Positions 36,490 through 49,700 of a stretch of 64,000 nucleotides of DNA are shown here, in pieces. The stretch lies in NCBI RefSeq assembly GCF_001194135.2, contig NC_068981.1:109942147-110006146 (forward strand), given 5' to 3'. The stretch is from Octopus bimaculoides. Its lineage: Eukaryota. The translations under genes were made by a program, and so were the position numbers. The notes beneath the pieces are model-generated. The model was not told where the DNA came from. It saw only the letters and a program-made list of their open reading frames with translations, and did not search any database. Every line of letters begins with the position of its first letter. Position 1 is the stretch's first letter.

Positions 36490-38040
36490 CCTCCACCAGT
36501 ACCGGAAGTTCCTATCCTCTGTCATGCTTGGTTGTCTCCCGCGAACACCTCTAAGGGCCTAATGACCATCCCCACCCCTACCCAAGGTTTATCGATCATA
36601 TAGCGCATAAAAATGGTGTAGTGTATGTAGGTTGTAGGTTATTGTTTGTTTATGAATTCTGCCAATGCAAGCTTTCTTTTCAGGTACATGACACTGCTGT
36701 CCCTCATCCCAGGGTCTCACACGCCCACACATCCCACACCCTCAGAGTTGGCACACTGAAAGGTATGTTTGGTGAGATTGTTGAGATGCTTGAACGGAGA
36801 CGTGTAGATTTGTGCTGCATCCAAGAAGGTGGAGAGGAGGTTCCGCTAGGTTCCTCACAGGCAAAGAACACAGGTACAAGATTTTCTGGGCAGGGAACAC
36901 TGACGGGGTCAGGGGCATGGGTATACTTCTTGCGGGGGGAAATGAGTTGATAAGGTAATCAAGGTAGTCAGTGTATGTGACAGAGTACTTAAGATTAGAT
37001 TAGTGCTTCACCTTAGGTTGGCTACCATTATCTCAGCCTATGCCCCTTAACTGGGGCTACCGGATGGGCAGAAAGACCAATTTTATGATACCCTATTGCA
37101 AACTACCTCGTTGACAAATGACAGGAACCTCTCTTTGTGGCTGGCGATTTCAATGGACATGTTGGACAACATGCAGGGGGCTTCCATGGCGTACATGGAA
37201 GCTATGGCTTTGGTTCCCGAAATGAGGAGGGAACCAGACTGCTGGAGTTCTGTGATGCAAATGATCTTATGGTTTGCAATACCAACTTCAGGAAACCTGC
37301 CTGTCACCTAGTCACCTAGGCAGACACACAAGCCAAACTGACTATATCCTCACAAGAAAAAGGGAAAGAGGACTGCTTATAAATGCGAAAACCTTCCCAG
37401 GCGAAGAATGTACCCCTCAACACAGATTAGTAGTTAGCGACTTTGGGATCAGGGCTAAATGGATGCCCAGAAGTAGACCAGCCTGGAAGAAAAGGGTCTA
37501 GAAGTTTAAAGATCCTGCAAATGGACAGAGATTTAGAGACATGTTACTTGAAGCCTTCGACGAAATAGAAGGGGATATAGCATCACATAATGTGGAAGAC
37601 AACTAGAGGTTTCTATGGGACAACCTGCTGAGAGTTGATGACCAGATCTGTGGATGGTGCAAAGTCTCCTCTTGACCCAAAGTAACGTGGTGGTGGAACA
37701 ATGTGGTTGACAGGTCTATTAGACAAAAGAAACAGGCTTGGAAGGGCTGGAAGAACAGAGGTAGCAATGAATTGTATCAGACTGCCAGAAGGGAAACTAG
37801 GCAACAGGTTTATTTAGCCAGAGGAGAAGCAGATAAGAAAAAATGTGCCAATGTTCTGCGCCGTGAGGACCAAAGACTTGAGGTATTTCGTGTTGCAAGA
37901 CAGTGTGTGAGAGAGAATTGTGATGTCGTAGGAGAGAAATGTGTCCACATGGATGATGGCTCACTTGCACTAAATGAGGCTGCAAAGAGGGGGGTTTGGA
38001 GACGCCACTATGAAAGGTTGCTTAATAAAGAGAATGAATG
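36490..38040 (+). mobile_element. RTE LINE 5' half (AP endonuclease and linker), 3'-truncated
   Basis: VGTLKG...VEMLERRRVDLCCIQE, AGDFNGHVG...GFGSRNEEGTRLLEFC, SQTDYIL and PQHRLVVSDF are canonical RTE APE motifs. Multiple frameshifts. Confidence 0.92.
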
Positions 38041-41000
38041 AGCTTTCAAACAGAATTTTGAGATAAGTTATTTTCATGGTAACATGGCTAGTATGTGTCT
38101 ACGTAGCAACACATTTTAATGTTTGTTGTTTCCAAATTTATAACAGAAATTATGTTTTAATTTAATGAGTAAGAAAGCACAACAATTTTAAAATAGTAAA
38201 AGAAAACCCTTCGCTTGTCATATGGGTTTGTTGTCTTTGTTTACACTAATAAAATGATGCCTCCTCTTGCTTTTAGTCAGTCATTTCCTTCCAGTGCAAC
38301 CCATCTAGTTTTGCAGTATACCCCACTACAAAAGAATCCAAGATTATGATATATGTAATATTAGATAAAAAAAAGTATATATATATATATAAAATCTCTG
38401 ACACTGATCAAAATATAATTCTTGAAAATGCATTTAAAAAAGATTAAGGATGATCTGCCTCATAAAATATCCAAAAATGTTATCAGATAATATCTGAGAC
38501 AGTAAATGTCACTTTGTATAAGAAAGTTTTCTTAAATAATAACAGCTGAACGAAAAAGAGTTTTTCATAAGTGATGATAAATAGCCATTAAATGTGTTTT
38601 CAATGAGACTTCCTCTAGTTGTCCAACAACACTGGAGGGGCTAAGTTTTATAGTGCTGACTACTATGTTGTTCCTGAACACTTCTCAGAGCTAATATAAC
38701 TAAAGCAAAGTTAATTATTCATCAGAAGTAATGTATTTAGCGAACACTATTTTTTTTATTACGAACAAATGTTCAATCCTTTGTTTCCTGCAGATAAGAG
38801 TTATATGTCACAAATGTCAAATGCCAGCAAATACTTATACAAAACAATTTCAATAAAAGACGGTCTTCATGTAGATTTTGAACTCACTAAACCAAACCAT
38901 GATACACATTTGAGCTAAGTTTCTCAGAAATTACCTTAACAGAAGTGTCATAAAAAGAATTTGATGTTTTCATATAACCCGAGGACTAAGAACCTTACAA
39001 ATTTCTATTATTGTTTGACTCACAGACCATAAATGAACTTTCCTAAATGAGAAAATTATTATATTTCAGCAGATTCTTTTTTTTTTTGAATGCTTTGATA
39101 AAAAAGATGTTTATGAAATAAAGCAAGTTTGTAGATAGTGCTTTTATGACTTCTTTGATGAAATTTTTAAGACTGATGTCCATAAAAGTCATCAAGTGAT
39201 TATTATTTAAATGAGTAAACATTTTTTACAGGCAAGGTATCAAATATTACTTCATGGACCAACAGTTTACTAATCTTTTGGTTATAAGGAGAACATAAAA
39301 TATTGCATTAAAGCAGTAAGATTGTTTTTAAGCTGTATAGCTAAACAGATGGGAATGATATGTTAAGGAGACTGAACTCAACATACAAACAATGAAACAC
39401 ATAGCAATTTAAAAATGATATTACTTATTTCTATCCTGTGGCACCTATTTATAGCAGATGCACTGGGCTATATGTACAATAAATGACCAGGACATGAATG
39501 CTCAAAAAAAAAAAACAACCTCTTAGCTGATTATCTAGCACCCTAACAACATGATTGCCCAATTCCTCTCAGAAAATATTTGTAAGCTTGTGAGCAGAGA
39601 GGAAATGTTGATTAGGTGTGTGATACAGCTGATCCAATCCCTGAATCATGAAACAGAAAGCCTCCTGAAAAGACAGTGGTGCTGCATTCGCTTGAATTAT
39701 ATAAACCAACTTCCCCTCAAGTATTAAGAAATGGGATCATGATTTTAATCATTCTGAAATGAGCTCTTGAATTTTGTTAATTTTGAAATTAGAGCCTAGC
39801 CTTCTTTTCCACCCCTAAAATATGGTATTGAAATGAAGTAAACCCTGCTTTCACAGGAGTAGACACAATAATCATTCTTGAACTTTTTGAAATAAAATTC
39901 TGAATAGTTACTATTTGGGATTTAGTAAAACTACTTATAAAAAACATCAAAAAATTTTAATTAGATTATGTAAAAATATAGCCATTGGAATTTAAGCAAT
40001 TTCTCATAAAAGAATAGTAAAAATAAAAGGCTAAATGCTGACAAGATTTGAAAAGATAAAGGAGCTTAGAAGAATTAAAATGTCAGACATATACCAGTTG
40101 AATTTGTAAAATCAAAAGAAAATGAAAATTTAATATTAGCAGGTGGAATAAACAACAATAAATTACCATTGATAAAAGGATAAAACTTGAACCAAATTAT
40201 AGCCTTGATATTCTAGATGTAATATTTTACTTCTGATTGCAACCATATTACCCATAACTGACACATTAGGAAAAGAACCAACTCCACAGCTCTCATCATG
40301 GTAATTAATTGATTAATGAGCCATGGTTATTTGTGTAATATATTTGCGAAACTAAATGTGATCATATCTAGACAAAGAATGAAAATGAAACAGCAAGTGT
40401 AAGAAAGGAATTAAAACTTAAGTCCCATTTCCTCTGGTTAATGCTAAAGAGCATTATTGCAGTTATGGCATCCTCAGATTATGATCATATATGTCTACAA
40501 TATGCACTTGAGAAGGCTTCATTCTATTAGCATGCGTTTTTTTTTTTTGCTAAGCTTTAAATGTAGGAAAGTGGTGTACAATGAACAGTTGTTTGTTAAT
40601 CAAATTTAATGAACATGTCCATTAAATTACAAATCTTTAGGTAAGACTGAGGGTAAATGACATAGTATTAAGATACATCATCATGATTATTAACAGGAAA
40701 AAAGATGACGAGGGTTGCATGTTATGAGAAACATAACTAGATATTATTTATGCAGGAAGATATACTTTTTGCAAACATTCATGAAATAACTTAAACTATC
40801 ATGTTTTGGAGGTTTCAATGGAAAAGGAAGTTTGGTTGAATGTAGACAACTGTGCACAGAAGATTAAGGATGAAGAGTAAAGAGTAGATTATTTGTATAA
40901 AAATGTTATTAGGATTAAGTGAAAAGACCATAATATGAAGAGAAATGAGGGAAACAAAAATGAACTCTAAGATACATCAAAGATAAAAATGTAAGACAAA

Positions 41001-43049
41001 AATCAGTCAATATATATTGTGTTGGAGTAACATAACAAGAAACTTATGACCTATTAGATGAGTAAAGCCAATAGGCAAAGTCTGAGTCTGTGATGTAAGG
41101 GAGTAAGTCACTGAAAGATTTTGCTCTGTGAAAACTATATGCATAATCGCTAAGAGGGGACAAAAACTCAATATGATAAAGGTCTGAAACTGAAATTCAG
41201 TGAAAAGATCCTAATCAAAGAGGTACAATTTTAAAGTCTTATTGGACACTGAAATTTGACGTCAGAAATAAAATGTGTCAATAGTGTGAGGCAAGAAGCT
41301 AATTAAAAAAAGAAATTCAAATATTATTCATGACTTCTATCATCACCTATTGTTTTAGACAAGTAACTTGTAATATGTATTTGCATAGTAAATATAACAA
41401 CACAACCTTCTTTGAGAATATAGCAGCAGCAAACAGAAAGTTATATTTGTGGTCATTTTGTCTTCCTTTCTCCACATCTTAAACAACCAAACTAAATTCC
41501 TATATTTTCAGAGATGTAAATAGCTACATATCTACAAAATGAGGCACAATACCTGTTGTAAGAATTAAGCCAATACCTGCATGGTCATGAAGAATTGAAA
41601 CTCTAATACAGCCATTTTACATACTCCCAAGTAAGACACACATTACTATTTGCTTTAATCTGCATGACTGTCAATAGGCTCCACAACAGGGTTAACACCC
41701 TGAAAACAGAATGCAAATATCCAAATTTTCAAATTTTATGTTAGCAGGGAAAATAGATGTAAAATAAACAACTCCATAACTTTCAAATGTCTCTACAATT
41801 TTATAACCAGTCAAGTGTGAGGAGCCATTGCTTTTTCTGGCAGGCTATGAGTACATAAGATATATATCTTGAGTGTAGCTGCTTTATATTTTAAACTATA
41901 TTTGAAACAATAAATATATTCAGACCATTAATTTTCAAGTGCAGAAGAAAAAAGAATCTAATAAAACTAATGAGCAATCTTTCAAATACCTTTATCACAA
42001 CAGCACAATACATTTTCACCTTTCATCTCACAGAAATCAAACTAAAGAGGAGCTATTTGCCACACAATTGCCCACTGCTTGGAAAATGGATTTGTGACAA
42101 TTTCTCTGAAGTATATTTGAACATCTAACACAGACTTTTATGATTAAAATGATTTTAAAAATCTTGATATATTGGGAAAGGGGGAAAGAGAACTAGAAGG
42201 AACTGCTTGAACGTAAACAAAATTTAATCTTTGAATCTGTTGTGATGTAACTTTGTCATTAGAAACTTAATGAGAAACTGGAGTCAAAATGATAATAGCT
42301 GATCTTGTACTTTCATTATAAGTGAGAGTGAAGATAAGATGATCCCACTTAATCACATTATTTTACAACTACTTCCAGGTCACTTAAGTTAACTTAAAAA
42401 TATGACAAAAGCTTTGCTTGTTTTCGCCATTTAGTGTTTGAAATTCCAATTTCAAAATAAGAAAGAAAATCTTGAAAATAATACAATGTTCACATTAGTA
42501 AAAGAAAACAGTAGTTTCTCTAAGCAAATTCATGAAAAGGGAGTGGTCCTTTTAAATATATATGCTTAACATTTAGTCAAACATAATATTTTACAATTAA
42601 AGAGTAGAGTGAAACTTGCAGATAAAAGTGTCAACTTCAATAAAATGCACAATTTAAAAAACGGGCTTTGAGACAATTTTAGTTTTGAAACTTTTACACA
42701 AAATGTATAAAAAAATTTACCACATAATATGAGGAAGCTGCTAATTCTGGCACATGTCAAGAGGTTAGATCCTCGTCCTTGAATTAACTATTGTAGTTCA
42801 AAATACTGAGCTCTATTTACAAATTCTCAATGTTTGCAATGAAGTGTGAACTCAATGGTTACATGGCATAAGACAAGACTGGAGACATCGTTTTACACAT
42901 AGTTCAATGTAAAACGAAGTAATTAAATAACTTATGAACTAACTATCTAGTCTCCAGTTTTTCTATATGTACTTTGACCTTTCTAACTATGGAGACCAGA
43001 CTAGGATATGTTAAATAAAAAATAAAGATTTATTTGAAATTAGAAATTA

Positions 43050-44050
43050 TTTCTTTACAACATTGCATGTTTTCTTCCAAAGGAGAGCATATATAGATAT
43101 TATAGGCAGTTACCACATTACTTTATTAATCTGGCATCATTGCTTAGGCTAAGCTAAATGTTTCATTGAAGGAGTTTCAATTTTAAGTTGCAGTTGATAA
43201 ATAGTTTGTAGGTAGAGGTTCCAAAGATTTAGAAATTCTGTTGGATAGTTAGCAACTTCATTTTGATAGATAACTGCATCAATTGATTTGTTAATATAAA
43301 TCATTCCCTGGAATATTTTTGAATATTTTTTTGGTCCTTAAACTTAACTGTCAGATTGCTTTGGTACCAATACTGCCTTTTCACACAACCAAGTAAAGTC
43401 TTTGTGGCAATAACTAAAGTTAGTAAATACTTTTTCTATTAATTCGTTAACACTGCATTGACTGTAAATATAAATTCATTATCAGAATCCATGGGAATTT
43501 TTCCTTCACCAAACAGACCTGAATTACAATCACCTTAAGTTGTTGCTCAAGTTAGTAGTAAGATTCAAGGTATTAATTTTGCACCAGTAACAAGATGATT
43601 TGAAGTATGCTTGAAATTCATCAGCTTCTGTTCCCTTAAATAAAACTGATGGTGTCTGGTGAAAACTACCAGATAGCAGTCACACAATCCAGCAAAATAA
43701 TTTGGTTTCTTACATCATGTAGAGTTCTGCTCACGGCATTGTACATTCACCCCAGTCTGTAAGTTCACATCTTTTAAATAACTCCTCTCATACCAGAAAT
43801 CTTAGTAATTTTATGAACAACTTCATCATGACTAGTTAAATCCATAGGAAATTTGAATGAAGAATGTAACCTTTATGCAACAGTGCCACAGATAAACCAG
43901 AAGTTAATGCTACAGTAATTTTATTTGACTTGCAAACTAAGTTCAGTAAAAAATTTAAGAGGGAAGTTTTTCTGGTGGCATCAGGAGTATCCCAAAAGTA
44001 GATACGTCCATTCTGTTCAAGCATAAATAAAAACTCAAAAACAACCACAA
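43050..44050 (-). mobile_element. Decayed Helitron PIF1-family helicase
   Basis: IYFWDTPDATRKTSLLNFLL...KITVALTSGLSVALL (Walker A region), frameshifted W.ECTM, W.CER.VLVPK and SIDAV...EVANYPTEFLN align with Helitron helicase motifs. Confidence 0.8.
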
Positions 44051-44689
44051 CAACTACCATTGCTGCTTCTTCTGAGTTCAGGGCCCAAACCACACAAAGA
44101 TATGCTCAAATCACATAAGCATTCATGCATGGATATAACTGAACGATGCATACACAGAAACTAATTTGATTAATAACATACAAACATTACCATAGAAAAC
44201 GAAATGTACCAAGTACAAGAACCTACATTGAGATACAGATAATAAAGAGCACATAAAAGCATTCACTGACAGTAATAAGATGTCAATCAAATGGACCTTC
44301 CTGAAACTTCAACTCTTGTCTTTTGCCTTATTTTACTTAGATCTCTTTAACAACCCATTCCACAGTAACACCTACATGTGCACACACATAAGTGCACCAA
44401 AATCAGTACTGGATATAAACCTGACATATTCTAATATATTAGAACCAAAACAAATCCCGTCACCCAGCACTATCTACACAACTTAGCAACATCTTCAATA
44501 AAAAACCTAAAGAGACCCAGACTAGGTAAATGTGAGGTGCTAATGTTTTGAGTACATATGTATAATCAATAAATATGTCTCTGAGTTACTTGTCTCCAAT
44601 GATATGAGCCTGGCTGTTCTTGCTAGACCAAATGAAACAGACTAAGCTCTCTGTAGAGATGATTGCTAATACTATGAACCTTTAAGGCC

Positions 44690-44880
44690 CTTTTCCATAT
44701 TGATATGAGTTGAATGGTGTGACAGGATCTGGGAAGCTGCAGGACTGCACTGAATTCTGTCAGCTTAGGGATAGTTTCTGTGGCTGGATACCTATCCTAA
44801 TATCAATCATTTTACAATGTTCATTGGCTGCTTTTCTTGTGTAATGTCACTAGTGAGGTTGCCAAATAACTTGCATGACA
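44690..44880 (-). mobile_element. Degenerate RTE-3'-related short element
   Basis: gctggatacctatcctaat...accattttaca-like...ggctgcttttc..gt matches the 63813-64000 family. Confidence 0.55.
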
Positions 44881-44969
44881 AGAAAAGAAAAAGAAAAAAC
44901 CCTCAAAAGAGAAGCAGGGAGCAGTGTATTTGAGAAATGGGAAGGTGGCTTTATGCTAGATATTGAGAA

Positions 44970-45700
44970 GTTGAAGTATGATAGAGGGACAAGCATTTAC
45001 TATAGAGGAGATACATAGCTATCCTGTATTATATAAGGTTGAGAGTAGCTGGAAAGAAGATAAAAATGATAGTGATAGGGTGCAGGAACAAACTCTCAGT
45101 ACACAAGAGGGTGTGTATAAGAGAAAATATGAACAGGAGATCAGATCAAAAAGATGGGAGACAGGAAACAAAAGTAGGTGTGGGTAACTTCATAGGAGTG
45201 TGAGAGAAAAGTAACAGACCATTAAAGATGGGGGCAGTGGTGATGTAAGGGTGGAGGTATGGTTGATGAGAAATATTGGTAAAAGGTAGGTATGGTGAGA
45301 GAGGTAGAAGTGGCTCAAGAATGAGGATAGATCAGAAAGCAGTGGAATGATGTGCAAGGTGATGTGCAGAAATCGAGATAGATGCCTGATGCACACAAGG
45401 ATGGCTATAGAGTGGGGTGACAAAGTTGGGGTTGGAGGGAATTGATGACAGATATGAGAGGTTGTAGAGAATGATAGCAGATATGAGAGATGTCAAAGAT
45501 GAAACATTGCAGGTCAAGATGTAGCTCCGAGGAGAGGGAAAAACAACAGAAGGCACAGAAAGAGGGTGATTAGAAAAGCATGCAGGAAGAGGTGATATCC
45601 AGAATGAGGAATGGATGTTAATAGGAGGTGGTTCCAAGGCTTGAATGAGGCAAATAGTAACAAAAAAAAAAGGAGGTGGATGAAATATGGGCTGATTCTG
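44970..45700 (-). mobile_element. I-group LINE 3' end (second copy)
   Basis: Collinear similarity to the reverse complement of 5440-6050 (aagtatgatagagggacaag, cttcataggagtgtga, gaatgatagcagat, aaggcacagaaagagggtgattag). Confidence 0.65.
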
Positions 45701-46009
45701 CTCTCTCAAGTGATTACAGAAGCCAAGTATTGCTATATTGAGAAGAGTAACAGAGAAATGCTTGTTAGGCAGATAAAACATGGGGAATGCTTAACAGGGC
45801 AGACTGAGACAAAGGCAAAGCCCAGCACATACAGACATAAGCAAAATGCTCTTAGAATCTCATTTTCACAGTAACTGACAGCTCCTCTCAAGTACAACAA
45901 ATCACCAATCATCTCAGTTCTGTCATCTCTCCCACAAGGCTCACAATTTTGAGATTAGCCTTCACAGCTTAGTCCCATGTCATCTTGAGTTTCTTCCTTT
46001 CACAAGTTC

Positions 46010-46560
46010 CATCCACTTCAACACATGAATTTTGTCATACACATGCTGATGTTGCATATCCAATGGAGCATGCAAGCTTCATTTCTTTCTAATGTTTACT
46101 TGTCTTTTGTATTCAGGTCCCATGTGTCACAACCATGTAGTTTTGCAGTTCATACACAAGCATCATACAATCTGCATTTTCTTTTGAGAGCAAGCGACAT
46201 TTTATCGTCAAAAGAAGTTAATAGGTCTCTAAATGTTCTCCAATCAATTCTTAGTCTAACTACACTTTCAAAACATCCTCCTCTACAGCTAATTAGGTTA
46301 CCTAGGTAACAGAAACTATTTACTACCTCGAGGGATCCTCAAGGAGCATTTAAAAAAATCTATTTCCTGTGTGCCTCTTCCACATAGAAAAACAACTTAC
46401 TCTGTTAACTTTCCTGTTGTTCCACTGCACCACTTGCATGTCCATAATGTGCATAAGGTATTTCTGCCTACATATTCAGCAGGGCTATTTACCTGATGGG
46501 AGTAGAATTCTGGCAGTTTTCCTGCTTACAAGAATTTTAGTCTTTGCTCTTTGATTCCAG
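46010..46560 (-). mobile_element. Decayed RTE LINE RT fragment
   Basis: Reverse complement resembles 3120-3420 and 19480-19750 (LGNLISCRGGCFESV.VRLRIDW..FR.L...RLYDACV). Confidence 0.7.
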
Positions 46561-46799
46561 ATTTTGCATGCACATCTGTAATTTCTTTTCTAATTCTACT
46601 ACAGATAATGCAGATGTGAGAACTAGTCATTCCCATGTAGTAGTTCCCAAGGATAACCACTCTTAAATTTCTCTGGTGTGGGTTGGACAACTATGGTGAC
46701 CAGGAGACTGGTGAACTACCTGTATTCTAAATACATATATTTTTCCATGATTCACCAAAAAGACTCTTCCAACCAAATCTATATATTGTTATATTTTCA

Positions 46800-49700
46800 G
46801 TTAAAATAATACAAATTTTTCAAACAAGATATCAAAAAGACAGTACCTCATCTGATATAAAGTTTGAAATAAATTGTGGAATTACTAACAATTTGAAGAT
46901 TAATGAATGATGGAAAATTGAAAACATTATTGTAAAATTTAATTTTCTTTCTTGTCATTACCAAAACATTTCAAATATTTGTTATTTCAGTTTGTCTTAT
47001 TGTTTTATCAACTGGCACATGATGAGTTTCTAATTTTACGGGTCACACCTGATTAATTAGATAGCATCATAATAGCAAGTAATGTCAAATTTATCTTCAA
47101 TTATATTAATAAGTTGTGAAAATTGATTGCAGTTTATAATCCCAGAAGCCCTTTATATCATTGTTGAACAAAAGATTTAATTTCTTCATGAGTGTCTACT
47201 TCTGCATTCTATTCAAGTTATGTGACTGTGTGTACATAGACTTCTTGCTTTGATTTACAATCATGACATAAAATTCATCTGATAACTGACATCCATTTAT
47301 ATATTTTAGCTTAAATACATAATTACCCCACTTGTAACCAAGTAACTTATGTAATTACTAATGCTGGCTGCTGTTAACTATTATTTTCTTTCCTGTCCAC
47401 ACCTATTTGGTTCGTTTCTAAACAAATTACATTTTCATTCATTTATCATTCTCACTCTCTTATAACTGGATATGTAACTTTCTGCATTATTTTTCTCACA
47501 AATTCAACTAAAGCAATTACTGATCTCTTTCCCTTGACGATTTAGTTTTTCTTTTTGTATTTGATGTTTGTGTCACATGGTAAGGATCATGCTTGCCTAC
47601 AATTTTAAATATTTACAGGATTTGTAGTTGCATAGCTGAGATGCAAACAACCAACTATTATATGATACAGGTTCGTTTGCTCGAACATCTTACTTTATTA
47701 ACTCATAAAGTCCTGTTGTGCTTTCCTCTAGATAAATCTTCCAATCCTGCTAGAAACTAGAGATTTTTATGAAAATGCAGTCAGTTCAGTATAAAAGCCA
47801 TAAGAAATAAATATTGCATGAATTTCTAAATTTGATGATAGACTACAATAATTGCTGATGTATATTATGGCTTTACTTGTTGAGTTTTACTGCTGTCATG
47901 TCACTGTCACCTGCCCAAGTAAGTTGAATAAAGATATGGAATTTGATTATAGGTGTTTTCACATATATTTACAAGATTCCTGTGTGGACACTGATTCTTT
48001 GTAACAGGGTTGAACTTGCACTCCTGTAGTCTCTGCAATTTGGATATTGCACAACTCTTATTAGAAATTGTATTCTGAGATATGCCTTAATCTCCATTGC
48101 TGTAAAGATCATGTTCCCCTATTGGCACACATATCTTGTGGGCTCACTGCTCATCTTGACAAAAATTTCTTCAGGAAAAAAATTGAAGAAAATATGCAGC
48201 AGACTTTGCAAAATTCAAAAGGATTTGTAGGGTCTGCATCACTAAATGAAATAATTGATGCAATGATCACTGCTGCCCAGAATTGATAATCGCAATACCA
48301 TCTGGCAGTGGGGGCTAGAGGCTTCATTGAAAGGAAAATGACAGCGCTTTCAAGAGAAGATTTGCGTTTTCAAGCTCGGAACTGAGAAAACTGATAAGGA
48401 GGATACAAGAGGTGGTTGAAAAAGCCAGCTTCTATGTATGGCTGAAGTGGGAAGACCAAATATGGCTTGAAAGTCATAACATGCCTCGGTGAGACAGGCT
48501 GCCACTGAAGTGACTTCGCGCCCTCCATTGTCAGTTAAAGTTTAGACAGTGTCATGTGACAACTTGCTGGAGCCTAGCAGCAGGAAGTTTAGACAGTGTC
48601 ATGTGACAACTTGCTGGAGCCTAGCAGCAGGNNNNNNNNNNGGCTGAAGTGGGAAGACCAAATATGGCTTGAAAGTCATAACATGCCTCGGTGAGACAGG
48701 CTGCCACTGAAGTGACTTCGCGCCCTCCATTGTCAGTTAAAGTTTAGACAGTGTCATGTGACAACTTGCTGGAGCCTAGCAGCAGGTATAAAAAGAGGAA
48801 TTTGACATGACAATCAGTCGGATGCTGACACTCGTTGATGCTGCATCGAAGAGGCCAGGGAATAGAAGAAAGAAGACATGCACCCAACACCAGAGCTGAA
48901 GACACCTCCGAAAGGGGGGGGGGGCGCCACGTCAAAACGGTAGAGGAGTAGGGGCCGAAACCGGACGTGGTTCCTCCTGATGATGTCTTGAGCTAACTGG
49001 ATCCTATAAAGGAGCTGTTGTGGTAGCAGACCACGAAACATGGTTGAAATTCCTAGATTGCTGGTAGGTACAAACGACACCGAAATATCAGCAAGAAACA
49101 ATCCAAAGAAATTCACTGAATGAAGAAACAGAAACACATATGGTGGCAAATAAAAGATCCTCCCAAAATAAGGTTAAACTTTGTTTCTTGTACAGAAGCG
49201 TACTTAGTTCTTGTTTCTTAGCCCCAAAATACACTTAATGAACATGCATTTCAGGATTTGGTAACAGTTGCAGTTATTTGCAGTAAAATTTTTCAAAAGT
49301 GCAATAGATTTTGGTAATAGCAGAGTTTATTAAATGTGAGGAATAAACACACCACCAGTATTCTCATGGTCTATAATGGTGACAACTATTTCAATGTAAT
49401 ACTCATTTACTGAAATTACTTATCTTCTTAGATATGTAATTTCATATTACATATCTTCTCGTAGCACTCAAAGAAAGGTGTTGTGTGGTGGTGATCTTTT
49501 AGTTGTGATGGGAGTGGGCAGTCACTGGCATTAGTGTTTTGAGTTCTGGTGAAGTAAACTTGTTTCACAGAACTAGATTGATGCTTGCTATTTAAGCAAT
49601 GTGGTTGTGGATTGTTAATGGGTTGGATGTGGCACTGAAGAAGGAGCAATAATGCTTGAAATATGCATATACACTAATTAACTTGTTTTTCTATCTTCAA
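46800..49700 (-). mobile_element. Heavily decayed Penelope-like element interrupted by a Hero-like insertion
   Basis: 49420-49700 resembles a PLE RT thumb (HYCSFFSATSNP...), 48090-48290 a GIY-YIG end, and 46800-47900 an N-terminal PLE region. All are piecewise, by-eye translations. Confidence 0.35.
48290..49200 (+). mobile_element. Young Hero-like RLE non-LTR retrotransposon 3' end
   Basis: AVGARGFIERKMTAL / SELRKLIRRIQEVVEKASFYVWLKWED resembles the Hero-type C-terminus EVGCRGF...AEKAS.W.W.KR. CpG-rich and GC-balanced against an AT-rich background. Confidence 0.65.

Noticed and set aside
47930-48070. Third hammerhead in the decayed PLE
   Set aside because: The core reads CUAAUAA rather than CUGAUGA, and no convincing GAAA/stem III can be placed.
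48642-49200. LTR retrotransposon suggested by direct repeats and a TATAAAA motif at 48787
   Set aside because: The repeat flanks a 10-N gap and is probably an assembly overlap. The upstream peptide is non-LTR RLE-like, and no PBS or TG...CA LTR ends were seen.
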